Assembly: GCA_019057375.1 (NCBI GenBank)
Contig: DXJF01000126.1
Coordinates: 1 to 27,803 of the forward strand
Origin: Candidatus Heimdallarchaeota archaeon
Lineage (GTDB): Archaea; Asgardarchaeota; Heimdallarchaeia; Heimdallarchaeales; Heimdallarchaeaceae
Direction of reading: 5' to 3'
Length of the DNA: 27,803 bases
A model generated the notes under the pieces. That model worked only from the letters and a program-made list of their open reading frames with translations. It had not been told where the DNA came from and searched no databases. Shown here piece after piece: positions 1-9,358 of the stretch. A program made the position numbers and the translations under genes. Position 1 is the stretch's first letter; each line of letters begins with the position of its first letter.

Positions 1-59
1 GCTCCTCTAGTTTTCAAGCACTGTTTTATTTCTTCTGATGTAATGAGTTCAGGAATCAT
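1..59 (-). CDS. 5' end of an unidentified CDS running off the window (MIPELITSEEIKQCLKTRG...)
   Basis: Minus-strand ATG at 59, open to the window edge, AGGGT just upstream, divergent from the HD gene. Confidence 0.4.
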   Translation of the reverse strand, partial: MIPELITSEEIKQCLKTRG

Positions 60-210
60 TTTGCGACCCTAATTCTTAAATTCTTAAACTATTTTGATTT
101 AACTGTTTTAAAAGCTCTTCGTGAATGTTACTAGATTCTATGTACAGTCACCTTTACCCAATATATTATTAAACATGAGCAATATACTACTAAAGGATAA
201 AGTGGTTTCT

Positions 211-1761
211 ATGACCTTAATCAATGAAAAAGTCGTAATGGATTTTTATCTAAAATTAATTGATAAGGATGAAATTAAATTTTTAGTTGGAAAGGAAGCA
301 GAAAAAAAAATAGTCAAAGAGAAAATCTCTCTTTTAAAAAAGAGCGAGGAAATTCATGATAAAATACATAGTGCAAAAGAGTTATGGAAAGCTCTCTTTG
401 AGATTTCAATGGAATATATTGATCCTGATAAACAAGGATACGATGATCTTTTCAAATACTTTGATGAGTTTGTGAAATTTGAAGAACTCATTTTTGCATC
501 AGATTCTTTCTATAGAGATCATACCCTCCACTCTCTATGGGTTTATTTTCTAGGTGAATATTTACATAAAAAACCTGAATTTAGCTTTCTTTTCCAAAAT
601 CTTAACAGACATTTAAAAGTTTCAGCATTCATAAATGAATATTATAAAGATTTAGAGGTACCAAATATCTTTGGAGAACTTAATTTTCTCCTTTCAAGAG
701 TTGCTGAAGTTTTAGAGTACGAAGACTCTGTAAGATGTGTAATAGCTTTAACTCATGACTTAGGTTATCCCCTGAAAAAGATTTCAAAAATAAACAAATC
801 AATTAGAAATGTTCTTCCATTTTTCTCAATCTCGAAATTTGGAGAATTTGATTTTCATTTTGAGAATGTTCAACAATTTTATATCGAAAATCTTCTAGAG
901 ATCCTTTCCCAAAATATTAGCTTTATTATTGAAATCAGTGATTTTACTTTTGAAGAAAGACAAATTGTTCAAGAAATGATAGACAAGATAAATAAAATTT
1001 CAACCTTTTTGTTTAATCTTCAAGAGCCCAGTGAAGAAGAGTTTCTTGAGTTGAGATTGCTTCTAAGCCAAGCTACTGACAAACAAGCAGATATTTTGAG
1101 AAGAATTTATACAATCAAAGGAGCTATTCAAAAGGATATGTCAGCAATTTTGAGATATTCTAATGATTTTGAGCATTATACTCATGGGATAATGAGTGCA
1201 TATCTTTTAATGAAGACACTAAAAGCTTTTTCAAATCTCCCAATTATATATAGTAACCCTGATAATATTGAACTAGATAATCTGAATATAGCTGCAGTAA
1301 ATTCGAAAATGATTATCCTTAAGGCAATGACTGACCATACTAGTCAAGGTTTTCAGATAAGAGATTTTACAAAAAATTCTGAGGTTTTAATTTTATTTGA
1401 TGAAATGGAAGAATTTTCAAGAATATCTAGAGCCAATCAATATAGACAATATGTTAATGAATTCTGTAAAACTGACCTGAGTGTTGAAGAGGGTATCTTA
1501 AACATCGATTTCATTTTTGATGATGAAAACGTAGCAGATTTGGATCCAGAAATAACCTTCAGAGATAAATGCAAGAGGTTTACCACAGTTTTTGATATCA
1601 AAAATCTTGCAGACCATATAAAGATACGATTTAGAAGCATAGGTAGATTACCTCAAAATAAAAACACATACGAGTTATTTATAGAAAAAGATAATGTTAG
1701 AATTTCAATAAATGGTGAAGAAAAAGAACTAACTGAATACTTGAAAACAAAAGAGATTTAA
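211..1761 (+). CDS. HD-superfamily metal-dependent phosphohydrolase
   Basis: Motifs RDHTLHSLWVYFLG, ALTHDLGYP, THGIMSA, DHT, FDEMEEFSR. ORF is open from 121; ATG 211 is the more plausible start. Confidence 0.75.
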   Translation: MTLINEKVVMDFYLKLIDKDEIKFLVGKEAEKKIVKEKISLLKKSEEIHDKIHSAKELWKALFEISMEYIDPDKQGYDDLFKYFDEFVKFEELIFASDSFYRDHTLHSLWVYFLGEYLHKKPEFSFLFQNLNRHLKVSAFINEYYKDLEVPNIFGELNFLLSRVAEVLEYEDSVRCVIALTHDLGYPLKKISKINKSIRNVLPFFSISKFGEFDFHFENVQQFYIENLLEILSQNISFIIEISDFTFEERQIVQEMIDKINKISTFLFNLQEPSEEEFLELRLLLSQATDKQADILRRIYTIKGAIQKDMSAILRYSNDFEHYTHGIMSAYLLMKTLKAFSNLPIIYSNPDNIELDNLNIAAVNSKMIILKAMTDHTSQGFQIRDFTKNSEVLILFDEMEEFSRISRANQYRQYVNEFCKTDLSVEEGILNIDFIFDDENVADLDPEITFRDKCKRFTTVFDIKNLADHIKIRFRSIGRLPQNKNTYELFIEKDNVRISINGEEKELTEYLKTKEI

Positions 1762-1841
1762 ATCAGTAAAATGTATACTATTGGGAAATTGTAATATTTT
1801 CCATCTAAGCTCAAGAAAAGGGAAAAGAGAGTGCTGAATCT

Positions 1842-2963
1842 ATGGAGAAACAATCCGATTCCGGTCAAATTAATGAAATCTACAAAATTCTTTTCGAAAA
1901 GTCAAATGATAGTATCACTCTCTGCAAACTCGATGATAAAAATGAAATGTTGAATTTTATCTATACTAATCCCGCAACAGCTAAATGGACAGGCTTTACA
2001 AAGGAGGAAATTTTGAGTAGTTCTCCAATGAATATTATTGCCCCGCATTGGTTAGAGGATGCTCAAAAGTATATTGAATCTATTATTAAAGACGGATTTC
2101 TAACATATGAATTGGAAATAATGCTTAAGAACGGTAAACTGTTGCCAGTTGAATTTAGCTCTAGCTTAGTAAAAATAGGTGAAGAGAATTTTATACTCAC
2201 AAGTGGAAGAGAAATTGCTGAAAGAATTGAAGCACGCAAAGAAAAAGAAGAAAGAATGAAAGAAAAAACTCTACTTTTGGATATACTTACTCACGACCTT
2301 CGGAACTATCTTTCTATATTGTGGGGTTGTATCTCACAAACTCTTGATGAGGAGGAGGTAACAATTGAAGAAATCAAAGGTTCTGTTTTAAGAGCAAAAG
2401 CTTCTCTAGCAAAAACAGATGCACTTTTAGATGATATCTCTGTTCTGATGAAAAAAGATATTGAATTTACTTATGAGCTAAGGCCAGTTAATATTCTCAA
2501 TAATGTCCACAAATGTCAATCAAATCTAGAGGATATGTATCCACTAAAGAAAATACAAATAAATACAAATAAGGTTGATCCTAAACAAAATGTTCTAGCT
2601 GATATGTTGTTTGAACAACTCATTTTCAATATCCTTTCAAATTCTGTAAAAAATACTCCAAGTCAAGCTGTTAGAATTGATGTTGCTACAGAAGAAAAAC
2701 AAGATGGAAGAGTCATTATTTCTATTTCTGATTTTGGAACAGGCATTACTCAAGATAAAAGAAGAAAAATCTTTGAAAGATACGGCGAATTCCGCAAAAA
2801 GGGTTCAGGTTCAGGTCTAGGTTTGTTTATTATCCAAACTTTAATTGAAAGATACAAAGGACAAGTTTGGATTGAAAATACAATAAAGGGAGATTACACT
2901 AAGGGAACAACTTTCAAGATTGAACTAAGAAAAACCGAAACTGAAATGTTTGAATTTGCCTGA
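1842..2963 (+). CDS. PAS-domain sensor histidine kinase, no receiver domain
   Basis: PAS (YTNPATAKWTGFTKEEI), H-box LTHDLRN, N-box NILSNSVK, G1 DFGTGI, G2 GSGLGLFI. Confidence 0.93.
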   Translation: MEKQSDSGQINEIYKILFEKSNDSITLCKLDDKNEMLNFIYTNPATAKWTGFTKEEILSSSPMNIIAPHWLEDAQKYIESIIKDGFLTYELEIMLKNGKLLPVEFSSSLVKIGEENFILTSGREIAERIEARKEKEERMKEKTLLLDILTHDLRNYLSILWGCISQTLDEEEVTIEEIKGSVLRAKASLAKTDALLDDISVLMKKDIEFTYELRPVNILNNVHKCQSNLEDMYPLKKIQINTNKVDPKQNVLADMLFEQLIFNILSNSVKNTPSQAVRIDVATEEKQDGRVIISISDFGTGITQDKRRKIFERYGEFRKKGSGSGLGLFIIQTLIERYKGQVWIENTIKGDYTKGTTFKIELRKTETEMFEFA

Positions 2964-2980
2964 TTTCAGTTTCCATATTT

Positions 2981-4453
2981 TTATTTCGTAGACTCAGATT
3001 CATCTTTGTAGAGTTTTTGATAAGTAGCAGAGATTTTTCCTTCTTTTTGCAATTGAGCTATATATCCTTGTTCTTTTTGTAAATGAATTGCATTCAACTT
3101 CTTTTTCTTCTCGAACCATTCAGGCCCATCTAATTTATACCACTTTAGAGCTAAAGCACTCAGAACTAAGCAAATAGCAGGAATCAAAGTAAATCCTAGA
3201 ATTATACCAAATTGAGCTTGAGAAGTTTGAGTTGCTACTAAATTATCAAATCCAAATGCGCTAATGGTTGCAAGAAAGATGGCGTTAGCAATCGAAATTG
3301 AGGGTTTAGTTACCAAAGCATTCATTCCAGCATAAGTAGTTTCTCTTCTCTTTCCTGTTAGAAGCTCATCATTATCAATTACATCGCTCATCAATGGTCC
3401 ATTAATGAGGGCAACAGGAGCAAATCCTATTCCTAGGATAGCTATTACAATCAAAGAAGGAATGGTGAATTTTCCAACTGCTAACAATAGAAGAAATATA
3501 ACACTGGAGGAAATTAATCCAACAATATACACTTTCTTTAATCCATACTTCTTCACATAATGATTTGCTACAACTGAAAAACCAAATATCATTGCAAATA
3601 TCAAAACAAGCGGGAGAGATGCCATCAAACCAGAAAATCCTAGAACATAAGGAACGAAATAATAAATTGCTCCTGTTAAAGTTGTATATCCTAATATATA
3701 GAAAAAATTACTAACTTCAAAAACAAGAAATTCTCTATTTTTGACAGTTTCAACTATTGATTTAATGAACCCTAAAGGTTCTTCAGTTCTTGTGTATTCA
3801 TTCTCTACTAAAAAGAAACTAGCAGCGAACATTATAGTTCCAGCTACTACTCCTACTATAATCATTGCAGGTTTGAAGAAAGGATGAATTACTCCTGGAG
3901 TTTCATCTAACAAGATGAGAGGTATAATCATAGCTACTATCATTCCTATAGCACCCAGATATATTGAATAAACTGACAAATTAGATCTTCCTTGCTGAGT
4001 CAGAGTCATTTCTGCTGGTAGTGTATATGTAATTAAGCCTATCAAAGTATAGAGAGAATCCACTAGAAACAATACAAAAAGCATGTTCCAGAACAAAGCC
4101 ATTTGAGAGTTTCCCATAAAAGGATACCAACAAATAATAAACGTTAAAACATATATTGGTGCTCCATATCGTAAATAGGGGATTCTTCTTCCTATCTTAG
4201 TATTTGTACGTTCTTGGAGAATTCCAAATAAAGGATCATTTATCGCATTCCAAAAAGCAAATGCTAACCAGACAATCGCAACAAGTTCTTCACTAAGACC
4301 TAACTTCACATTATAGAAGAGAGTTATAGCTCCACCTATAGCTAATCCACTCAACATACCATTTGCAGAATTTGTAAAACCATATGCTAATTTTGATTTA
4401 ACTGGCAATCTCTCATCAATAAATTTTGTTTCAGATTTATCATTCGGTTCCAT
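2981..4453 (-). CDS. GPH-family (MFS_2, MelB-like) cation symporter
   Basis: About 12 TM; WNAINDPLFG, TKIGRRIPY, DELLTGKRRE motifs. Confidence 0.92.
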   Translation of the reverse strand: MEPNDKSETKFIDERLPVKSKLAYGFTNSANGMLSGLAIGGAITLFYNVKLGLSEELVAIVWLAFAFWNAINDPLFGILQERTNTKIGRRIPYLRYGAPIYVLTFIICWYPFMGNSQMALFWNMLFVLFLVDSLYTLIGLITYTLPAEMTLTQQGRSNLSVYSIYLGAIGMIVAMIIPLILLDETPGVIHPFFKPAMIIVGVVAGTIMFAASFFLVENEYTRTEEPLGFIKSIVETVKNREFLVFEVSNFFYILGYTTLTGAIYYFVPYVLGFSGLMASLPLVLIFAMIFGFSVVANHYVKKYGLKKVYIVGLISSSVIFLLLLAVGKFTIPSLIVIAILGIGFAPVALINGPLMSDVIDNDELLTGKRRETTYAGMNALVTKPSISIANAIFLATISAFGFDNLVATQTSQAQFGIILGFTLIPAICLVLSALALKWYKLDGPEWFEKKKKLNAIHLQKEQGYIAQLQKEGKISATYQKLYKDESESTK

Positions 4454-4565
4454 CAGAGAAAATAACTCCGTATACTAAGTAAGTTGTTTAATAACTCTAA
4501 AAAGAAATAAGCCAATTTTAAGTTTTTTTCCTCTTTTGAAGAATCTAACTACTTTTAGGAGTAAG

Positions 4566-6083
4566 TTACTTTGATTTCTTCTTCATAAAATATCTCTTTA
4601 CAAGTAGAACTAAGGCTATTGCAAGTAAGTAACTAACAACCCAAACTGAAACATACGTTTTCTCTGAAATCAAGAGTACTGGATTATCAATTTCTTGATA
4701 AACTATAGGTTCGTCAGTTGTAACAAAAGTGACACCTAATGCCCAGAGTTGCTGAAATCTTGAAGCCATGTTTACTGTCCAGACATTGATGGTCACATTA
4801 TTGTCATTATAATCTCTTAAGACTCTATTAGGTTTCTCATGAGCAGAATTTATCATATCATATCCTGTAGCTTGAAATTCTTCAGCATTGATATTGTCCG
4901 AAAAATCCAGAGTAAGTGCAGTAATCATATCTGGTGCTTGAGTTTCTACTAAATCTAACCATTCTCTTTCATATGATGTGATCCATAAGTGGGAGTCATA
5001 ATCAGCTGCAATTAAAACAGCAAGACAGATATTAAAGTATTGATCGTAAAAGGGGTGTGTGTCTGGAGGAGGTTTAAAGTCTACATCTACTAGAAGACCG
5101 GCAGATTTGGAATAAATCAAAGCTTCTTCTAAAGTTGGTATTGAAGCATTCTGATAGACGGTAAATAGATTTGTTGGAACCTTCTCTTTTGAAATCAGAC
5201 CATAGGGATCTTCTTCTAAAAACCATTCACCTGCATTGAGCTTTTTCAAATCAGATATATTGAATGAACTAGAAAAATCCTCTGCTCTTAAAGGAAAAGT
5301 TTTTGATACATTAGTAGTTCTCTGTAAAGTATCATCATGCATAAGGAAAGGTATTCCATCATTACTGATTTGAACATCAAACTCCCAGCCATCAACATCA
5401 ATCTGGTTAACATACATTGCAGCTGCAATTGTGTTTTCAGGTGCATATCTTGCTCCACCTCGGTGTGCAATTAAAAGAGGTTTTGGAGGTAGTTCCTCCC
5501 TTAGTACATATACTGGTTGAAATACTAAAGGCATTATCAGTAACCATGAGAAAAATAGAAATGTTCCCACAATGGGGATGATCCTTTTTGTTTGCGAAAT
5601 AAATGACTTCGTTGTTGGTTTCTTAAATAAGGCCAGAAGCTCATCAGTGAATGCATATAATAGCAATAACGAAGCAATGATGAGAACAATTGAAATGAAG
5701 GGCAAATAATATTCCAAAACATAGAATAGAATCACAGCATTTTCTCCAGCAACTACAATTAACCCCACTAATAATCCTACATTGAAAATAAGGAAGAAAA
5801 TACTTAGTATTTTGTTAACAATTGATGGTCTAATTTCGTGTTCTCTTCTAATTTGAATTGCATATTTGACAATAAAAAATCCAGCATAGACCAAGGGGAT
5901 TAGAAAGAGAAACATCAAGAGAAGAACATAGTTTGTATATACACCTAACTTATCACCGATCAAATCGTTGAATTCCACATGCATTGGTCTTATAAACATG
6001 AGGAGTGCTTCTAGAAGAAGGTCACTTATAAAAAGTAAAGAGAAAAACAAAATCCATTTCTTACCATGCAAATGATTTTCCAT
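4566..6083 (-). CDS. Membrane-anchored glycerophosphodiester phosphodiesterase (N-terminal TM bundle, GDPD domain, C-terminal TM)
   Basis: AHRG..APENT, EFDVQ, MHDDTLQRTTN, VWTVN, TTDEP. ATG 6083 lies about 30 nt below a TATA box. Confidence 0.92.
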   Translation of the reverse strand: MENHLHGKKWILFFSLLFISDLLLEALLMFIRPMHVEFNDLIGDKLGVYTNYVLLLMFLFLIPLVYAGFFIVKYAIQIRREHEIRPSIVNKILSIFFLIFNVGLLVGLIVVAGENAVILFYVLEYYLPFISIVLIIASLLLLYAFTDELLALFKKPTTKSFISQTKRIIPIVGTFLFFSWLLIMPLVFQPVYVLREELPPKPLLIAHRGGARYAPENTIAAAMYVNQIDVDGWEFDVQISNDGIPFLMHDDTLQRTTNVSKTFPLRAEDFSSSFNISDLKKLNAGEWFLEEDPYGLISKEKVPTNLFTVYQNASIPTLEEALIYSKSAGLLVDVDFKPPPDTHPFYDQYFNICLAVLIAADYDSHLWITSYEREWLDLVETQAPDMITALTLDFSDNINAEEFQATGYDMINSAHEKPNRVLRDYNDNNVTINVWTVNMASRFQQLWALGVTFVTTDEPIVYQEIDNPVLLISEKTYVSVWVVSYLLAIALVLLVKRYFMKKKSK

Positions 6084-6112
6084 TGTTAACAAAAAAACAT
6101 TCTCTCAAACAT

Positions 6113-6120
6113 ATATAAAA
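6113..6120 (-). promoter_or_regulatory. Archaeal TATA box for a leaderless GDPD transcript
   Basis: Minus-strand TTTTATAT about 30 nt upstream of ATG 6083. Confidence 0.55.
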
Positions 6121-6242
6121 GTGACTGAATCCAGAATCTGTTCATCAAAGAGGCCAATTTTTCTCGACTTACTTCTTTTTCCATTCCTAATCCTTTCCAC
6201 TTCCACATCAAATCTCCTTCTTTCACTTCATTAACAAAACTA

Positions 6243-6263
6243 TGTCGAAGTTTTTCTTCGACA
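6243..6263. repeat. Perfect 8-bp-stem hairpin
   Basis: tgtcgaag-ttttt-cttcgaca. Confidence 0.6.
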
Positions 6264-6279
6264 AAAAGATTCCCTTATA

Positions 6280-6340
6280 AAACTAACTGTTGACCTTAAG
6301 TGTTACATTAAATAATTGATAATTAATTGAAACTAACTGT
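6280..6340. repeat. 11-bp direct repeat with 50-bp period
   Basis: aaactaactgt at 6280-6290 and 6330-6340. Confidence 0.6.
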
Positions 6341-6350
6341 AAATCAAAGG

Positions 6351-6545
6351 GTTTATGAAAATAAGAACTTGAATTTTAGGAAAATCTCAGTAGGACTAAG
6401 AATGCATAAACTTGAAGGTGCTACTAGGGAGATAACATTAGACTCGAACCGAGGACTAAAATACTACTCTAAAGGTGAATTAACTAATTCAACAAAAATG
6501 TTTTAGTTTAGTTCTAGGAAACTTTCTTAAATGCTCCTGCATATT
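6351..6545 (+). repeat. Direct repeat unit A: 3' tail of a lost membrane-gene copy plus a radical SAM 5' relic
   Basis: Aligns to 7025-7218 at offset 674 (gtttatgaaaataag..., gataacattagac..cgaggactaaaa..ctctaaaggtga, gttctaggaaa). Confidence 0.85.
6402..6545 (+). pseudogene. Relic 1 of the radical SAM N-terminus (MHKLEGATREITLDSN...), frameshifted
   Basis: cagtaggactaagaATGcataaacttgaa matches cagtaggagtaattATGtatagactagat at the intact gene (8294). One extra A near 6497 shifts KCFSLVLGNFL out of frame. Confidence 0.7.
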
Positions 6546-6580
6546 ATTAGTTGAAATCTAAACTGAAGGTGTCTACATTT

Positions 6581-7063
6581 ATGAATGAAGAAAAACTAAA
6601 TGAAGTAGGAGCATTAACAGAAGTAGATTCTAAAGATTTAACAAAGAAAAAGATTAGAAATAAAATTACTCTTGTTTATTATTATTTGATACAGTTTGCT
6701 TTCTTCGTATTTTTAAGCCTAGTAGGAGTAGCATTTGGTTTGTATAGTAGATCTATAGCTTCCTATCCCTATATTAGTTTTTCAGAGAGATATATCTATG
6801 GACCAATAATATTGGCAATAACTCATGGAGGAAATTTGGGATTATCTTTCCAACTAAGTAGAAAAAAAATGTTGATATTGAAAAAGAGTGAACCTAAGGA
6901 ATTAGCACTTCCTTATATATATCCGGCGATTTTTCTAAATATAATCCTGTCAACGATAAGTCTGTTTGCAATACATAATTTAGTATTCGAAGGAAGAATA
7001 TTCACTATTGGTATAATGTATGGAGTTTATGAAAATAAGGACTTGAATATTAAGAAAATATAA
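6581..7063 (+). CDS. Uncharacterised ~3-TM membrane protein, paralog 1
   Basis: GAAGGTG RBS before ATG 6581. Shares NE..L.EVG.L, YI.GPI....HG.N, YP...N and YGVY motifs with paralogs 2 and 3. Confidence 0.85.
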   Translation: MNEEKLNEVGALTEVDSKDLTKKKIRNKITLVYYYLIQFAFFVFLSLVGVAFGLYSRSIASYPYISFSERYIYGPIILAITHGGNLGLSFQLSRKKMLILKKSEPKELALPYIYPAIFLNIILSTISLFAIHNLVFEGRIFTIGIMYGVYENKDLNIKKI

Positions 7064-7218
7064 GTGTGAATAAGAATGTATAAACATGAATAACTTATTT
7101 GGGAAATAACATTAGACTGTAATCGAGGACTAAAATGCAACTCTAAAGGTGATTTGACTAATGCAGGAAAATGTTTTACTCAAGTTCTAGGAAATTTTTT
7201 AAATTCTTTTGCATATTA
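7025..7218 (+). repeat. Direct repeat unit B
   Basis: Second copy of 6351-6545. Confidence 0.85.
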
Positions 7219-7219
7219 A
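7076..7219 (+). pseudogene. Relic 2 of the radical SAM N-terminus, TAA at codon 6
   Basis: MYKHE*LIWEITLDCNRGLKC... versus intact MYRLDCAIWELTLACNMRCKHC. Confidence 0.75.
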
Positions 7220-7284
7220 ATAAGTGAATCATAAATAAATGATAATCGAGGATTAAGTAACACTCGATGTAAATCTAGGAGTTG

Positions 7285-7778
7285 ATGCAAATAAACGAAG
7301 ACTATCTAGAAGAAGTTGGAGATTTAGTAGATGTTGATCCAAATGATATAAGACAGAAAAAAGAAAGAAACTTCATGGATATCTGATTCATTATTTTATT
7401 CAAGTTTTTGTGCTTCTCCTCTCCTCACTAATGGGTTATCTTTTTGTGTTATGGGAACATTCAGATAGAAGTGGATATCCATACGGTTTTTTACCAAGAC
7501 ATATATATCTAGGCCCAATCGGTCTTTTTACTTTACATGGAGTAAATGAAGTTCATAGCTATTTTCATAAGAAAAGATATAATCTCCGTTTTGTTGAGGT
7601 TTATCCAGTAATAATCGTCAATCTTATAATCTCATTCGTTAGCTTCTTTTTGATTTTTATCGCATTTTATCAAGAACCAGTATATCCTCTAGGTGTTCTA
7701 CCTGCTTATGGTGTGTTTGAAAGAAGAAAATCGAAGAAGTTTAGAATAATTAGGAGAAAATTTTATTATTATAACTAA
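7285..7778 (+). pseudogene. Membrane protein paralog 2, frameshifted in an A6 run
   Basis: AGGAG plus ATG 7285 gives MQINEDYLEEVGDLVDVDPND. Adding one A at 7357-7362 joins it colinearly to the 7410-7778 frame. Confidence 0.8.
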
Positions 7779-7844
7779 ACTGAAGGTGTTTACACTTATG
7801 AATGAAGAAAAACTAAATGAAGTAGGAGCATTAACAGAAGTAGA
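7775..7844 (+). repeat. 70-bp near-identical copy of 6558-6627 (RBS plus first ~16 codons)
   Basis: 68/70 identical by manual alignment; both mismatches lie upstream of the ATG. Confidence 0.9.
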
Positions 7845-8301
7845 AGCTAAGGATATAGATAAGAACAAAATCAGAAAGAAAATCACCTTAGTTTATTATT
7901 ATTTTATACAACTAGGATTCTTAGTCATCTCAGGATTTACTGGATTTTTATTGGGTTTATACAAGGACACAAATTCTACTTATCCCTTTAGTGGTTTTGA
8001 TCGAAGTTACATTTTTGGACCAATTTTTGTAGCTATTGCACACGGAGGAAATTTAGGATTATCTTACGGTATGAGAAAGAAAAACAAACTAATTTTTAAA
8101 AAAGGGGTAAATATTAAGCTATCTCCTTTCTATGTCTATCCTGCTGTTTTTCTAAATTTTGTTTTATCGGTATTCTTCTTCTTATCTATCTATCATATAA
8201 TGGTTTCTGGGAATGCTTTCACAGCTACAACTAGATATGGTGTATATACTAGAAAGAAAGCAACATGTAATAATCTTGCCAGTAGGAGTAATTATGTATA
8301 G
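7798..8301 (+). CDS. Membrane protein paralog 3
   Basis: Same RBS and start as paralog 1; overlaps the radical SAM start. Confidence 0.85.
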   Translation: MNEEKLNEVGALTEVEAKDIDKNKIRKKITLVYYYFIQLGFLVISGFTGFLLGLYKDTNSTYPFSGFDRSYIFGPIFVAIAHGGNLGLSYGMRKKNKLIFKKGVNIKLSPFYVYPAVFLNFVLSVFFFLSIYHIMVSGNAFTATTRYGVYTRKKATCNNLASRSNYV

Positions 8302-9358
8302 ACTAGATTGCGCGATTTGGGAACTTACTTTAGCTTGCAATATGCGTTGTAAACATTGCGGATCAAGTGCAGGAGAAGCTAGATCAGATGAACTTTCTTT
8401 AGAAGATTGTTATAAATTATGCAGGGGACTTGCAGATGAAGGGTGCAATTTAGTTACTTTGATGGGAGGTGAACCATTTGTTAGACCAGACTGGAATCAA
8501 ATTTCTTGGTGTATTAAAGACCTTGGAATGGACCTAGGATATGTAACAAATGGACTATTAGTTCCTAAAATTATTGAAGATCTAACGTTACTTGAACCAC
8601 TGGTTGTCGGTATCTCTTTGGATGGTGTAAAAGAAACTCATGATAATATCAGAAGAGAAGGGTCTTATGATTCCGTAATTAAGGTACTGGATCTTCTGGA
8701 AGAAGCAAGTATTCAGACCACTGTAATTACAACCCTAAGTAAAACTAATTTCAAAGAATTACACAGTATAAAGGAGATTATCCAGGATAGGAAAGTCAAT
8801 TGGCAGTTGCAAATAGGTTTACCTTTTGGTAATTTTGAACCTGAACTCACTCTGAGTTTAGAAGAGTTTTATGCATCTGCAATGTTTATCACTGCTGAGG
8901 GATTTAAAAACAAATTCGATCATATGCCTGTAGTTGGAGCGCATTGTTATGGATATTATTCACATCTTCTTCCTAACAACAAGAATTGGAAGGGATGTAC
9001 AGCTGGTATAAATACAATAGGCGTAACATCTGATGGTTCGATTGTAGGATGTTTATCAATGGGTAACGATAAATTTATTGAGGGAAATATCAGAGAACGT
9101 AATTTCTCAGATATCTGGAATGATCCTAATTCCTTTGCATACAATCGGCAATTTACTAGAGCAAACTTAGGTGAGAATTGTGTCAATTGCTTATTTGGTG
9201 AAACCTGTAAAGGGGGTTGTAACTCCACTTCTTATCACCTTAATCGAACTTTTCATAACACAGCTTACTGTTTCAAGCAAATTGAAGAAAACCTCTTTGA
9301 GGCAAAGCAATACCGTAAAGAGATCAAGTGGTTAAAACAAAAGGGAGTTAAAACCTGA
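8294..9358 (+). CDS. Radical SAM protein with SPASM domain
   Basis: CNMRCKHC, MGGEP, ISLDG, SPASM cysteines CTAG...VGC...CVNC...CKGGC...C. AGGAG RBS favours ATG 8294 over 8213. Confidence 0.95.
   Translation: MYRLDCAIWELTLACNMRCKHCGSSAGEARSDELSLEDCYKLCRGLADEGCNLVTLMGGEPFVRPDWNQISWCIKDLGMDLGYVTNGLLVPKIIEDLTLLEPLVVGISLDGVKETHDNIRREGSYDSVIKVLDLLEEASIQTTVITTLSKTNFKELHSIKEIIQDRKVNWQLQIGLPFGNFEPELTLSLEEFYASAMFITAEGFKNKFDHMPVVGAHCYGYYSHLLPNNKNWKGCTAGINTIGVTSDGSIVGCLSMGNDKFIEGNIRERNFSDIWNDPNSFAYNRQFTRANLGENCVNCLFGETCKGGCNSTSYHLNRTFHNTAYCFKQIEENLFEAKQYRKEIKWLKQKGVKT

Noticed and set aside
6581-6613. Double-glycine RiPP leader (NEEKLNEVGA)
   Set aside because: Spacing is one residue short of LxxVxG(G/A), and no C39 peptidase/transporter is nearby
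7091-7093. Selenocysteine or pyrrolysine readthrough at a Cys-equivalent stop
   Set aside because: The codon is TAA, not TGA or TAG
7356-7363. Programmed -1 frameshift at A_AAA_AAG
   Set aside because: Zero-frame codons are CAG AAA AAA GAA, so the heptamer is out of phase
8213-8293. N-terminal extension of the radical SAM protein
   Set aside because: It overlaps paralog 3; the RBS and both relic copies place the start at 8294
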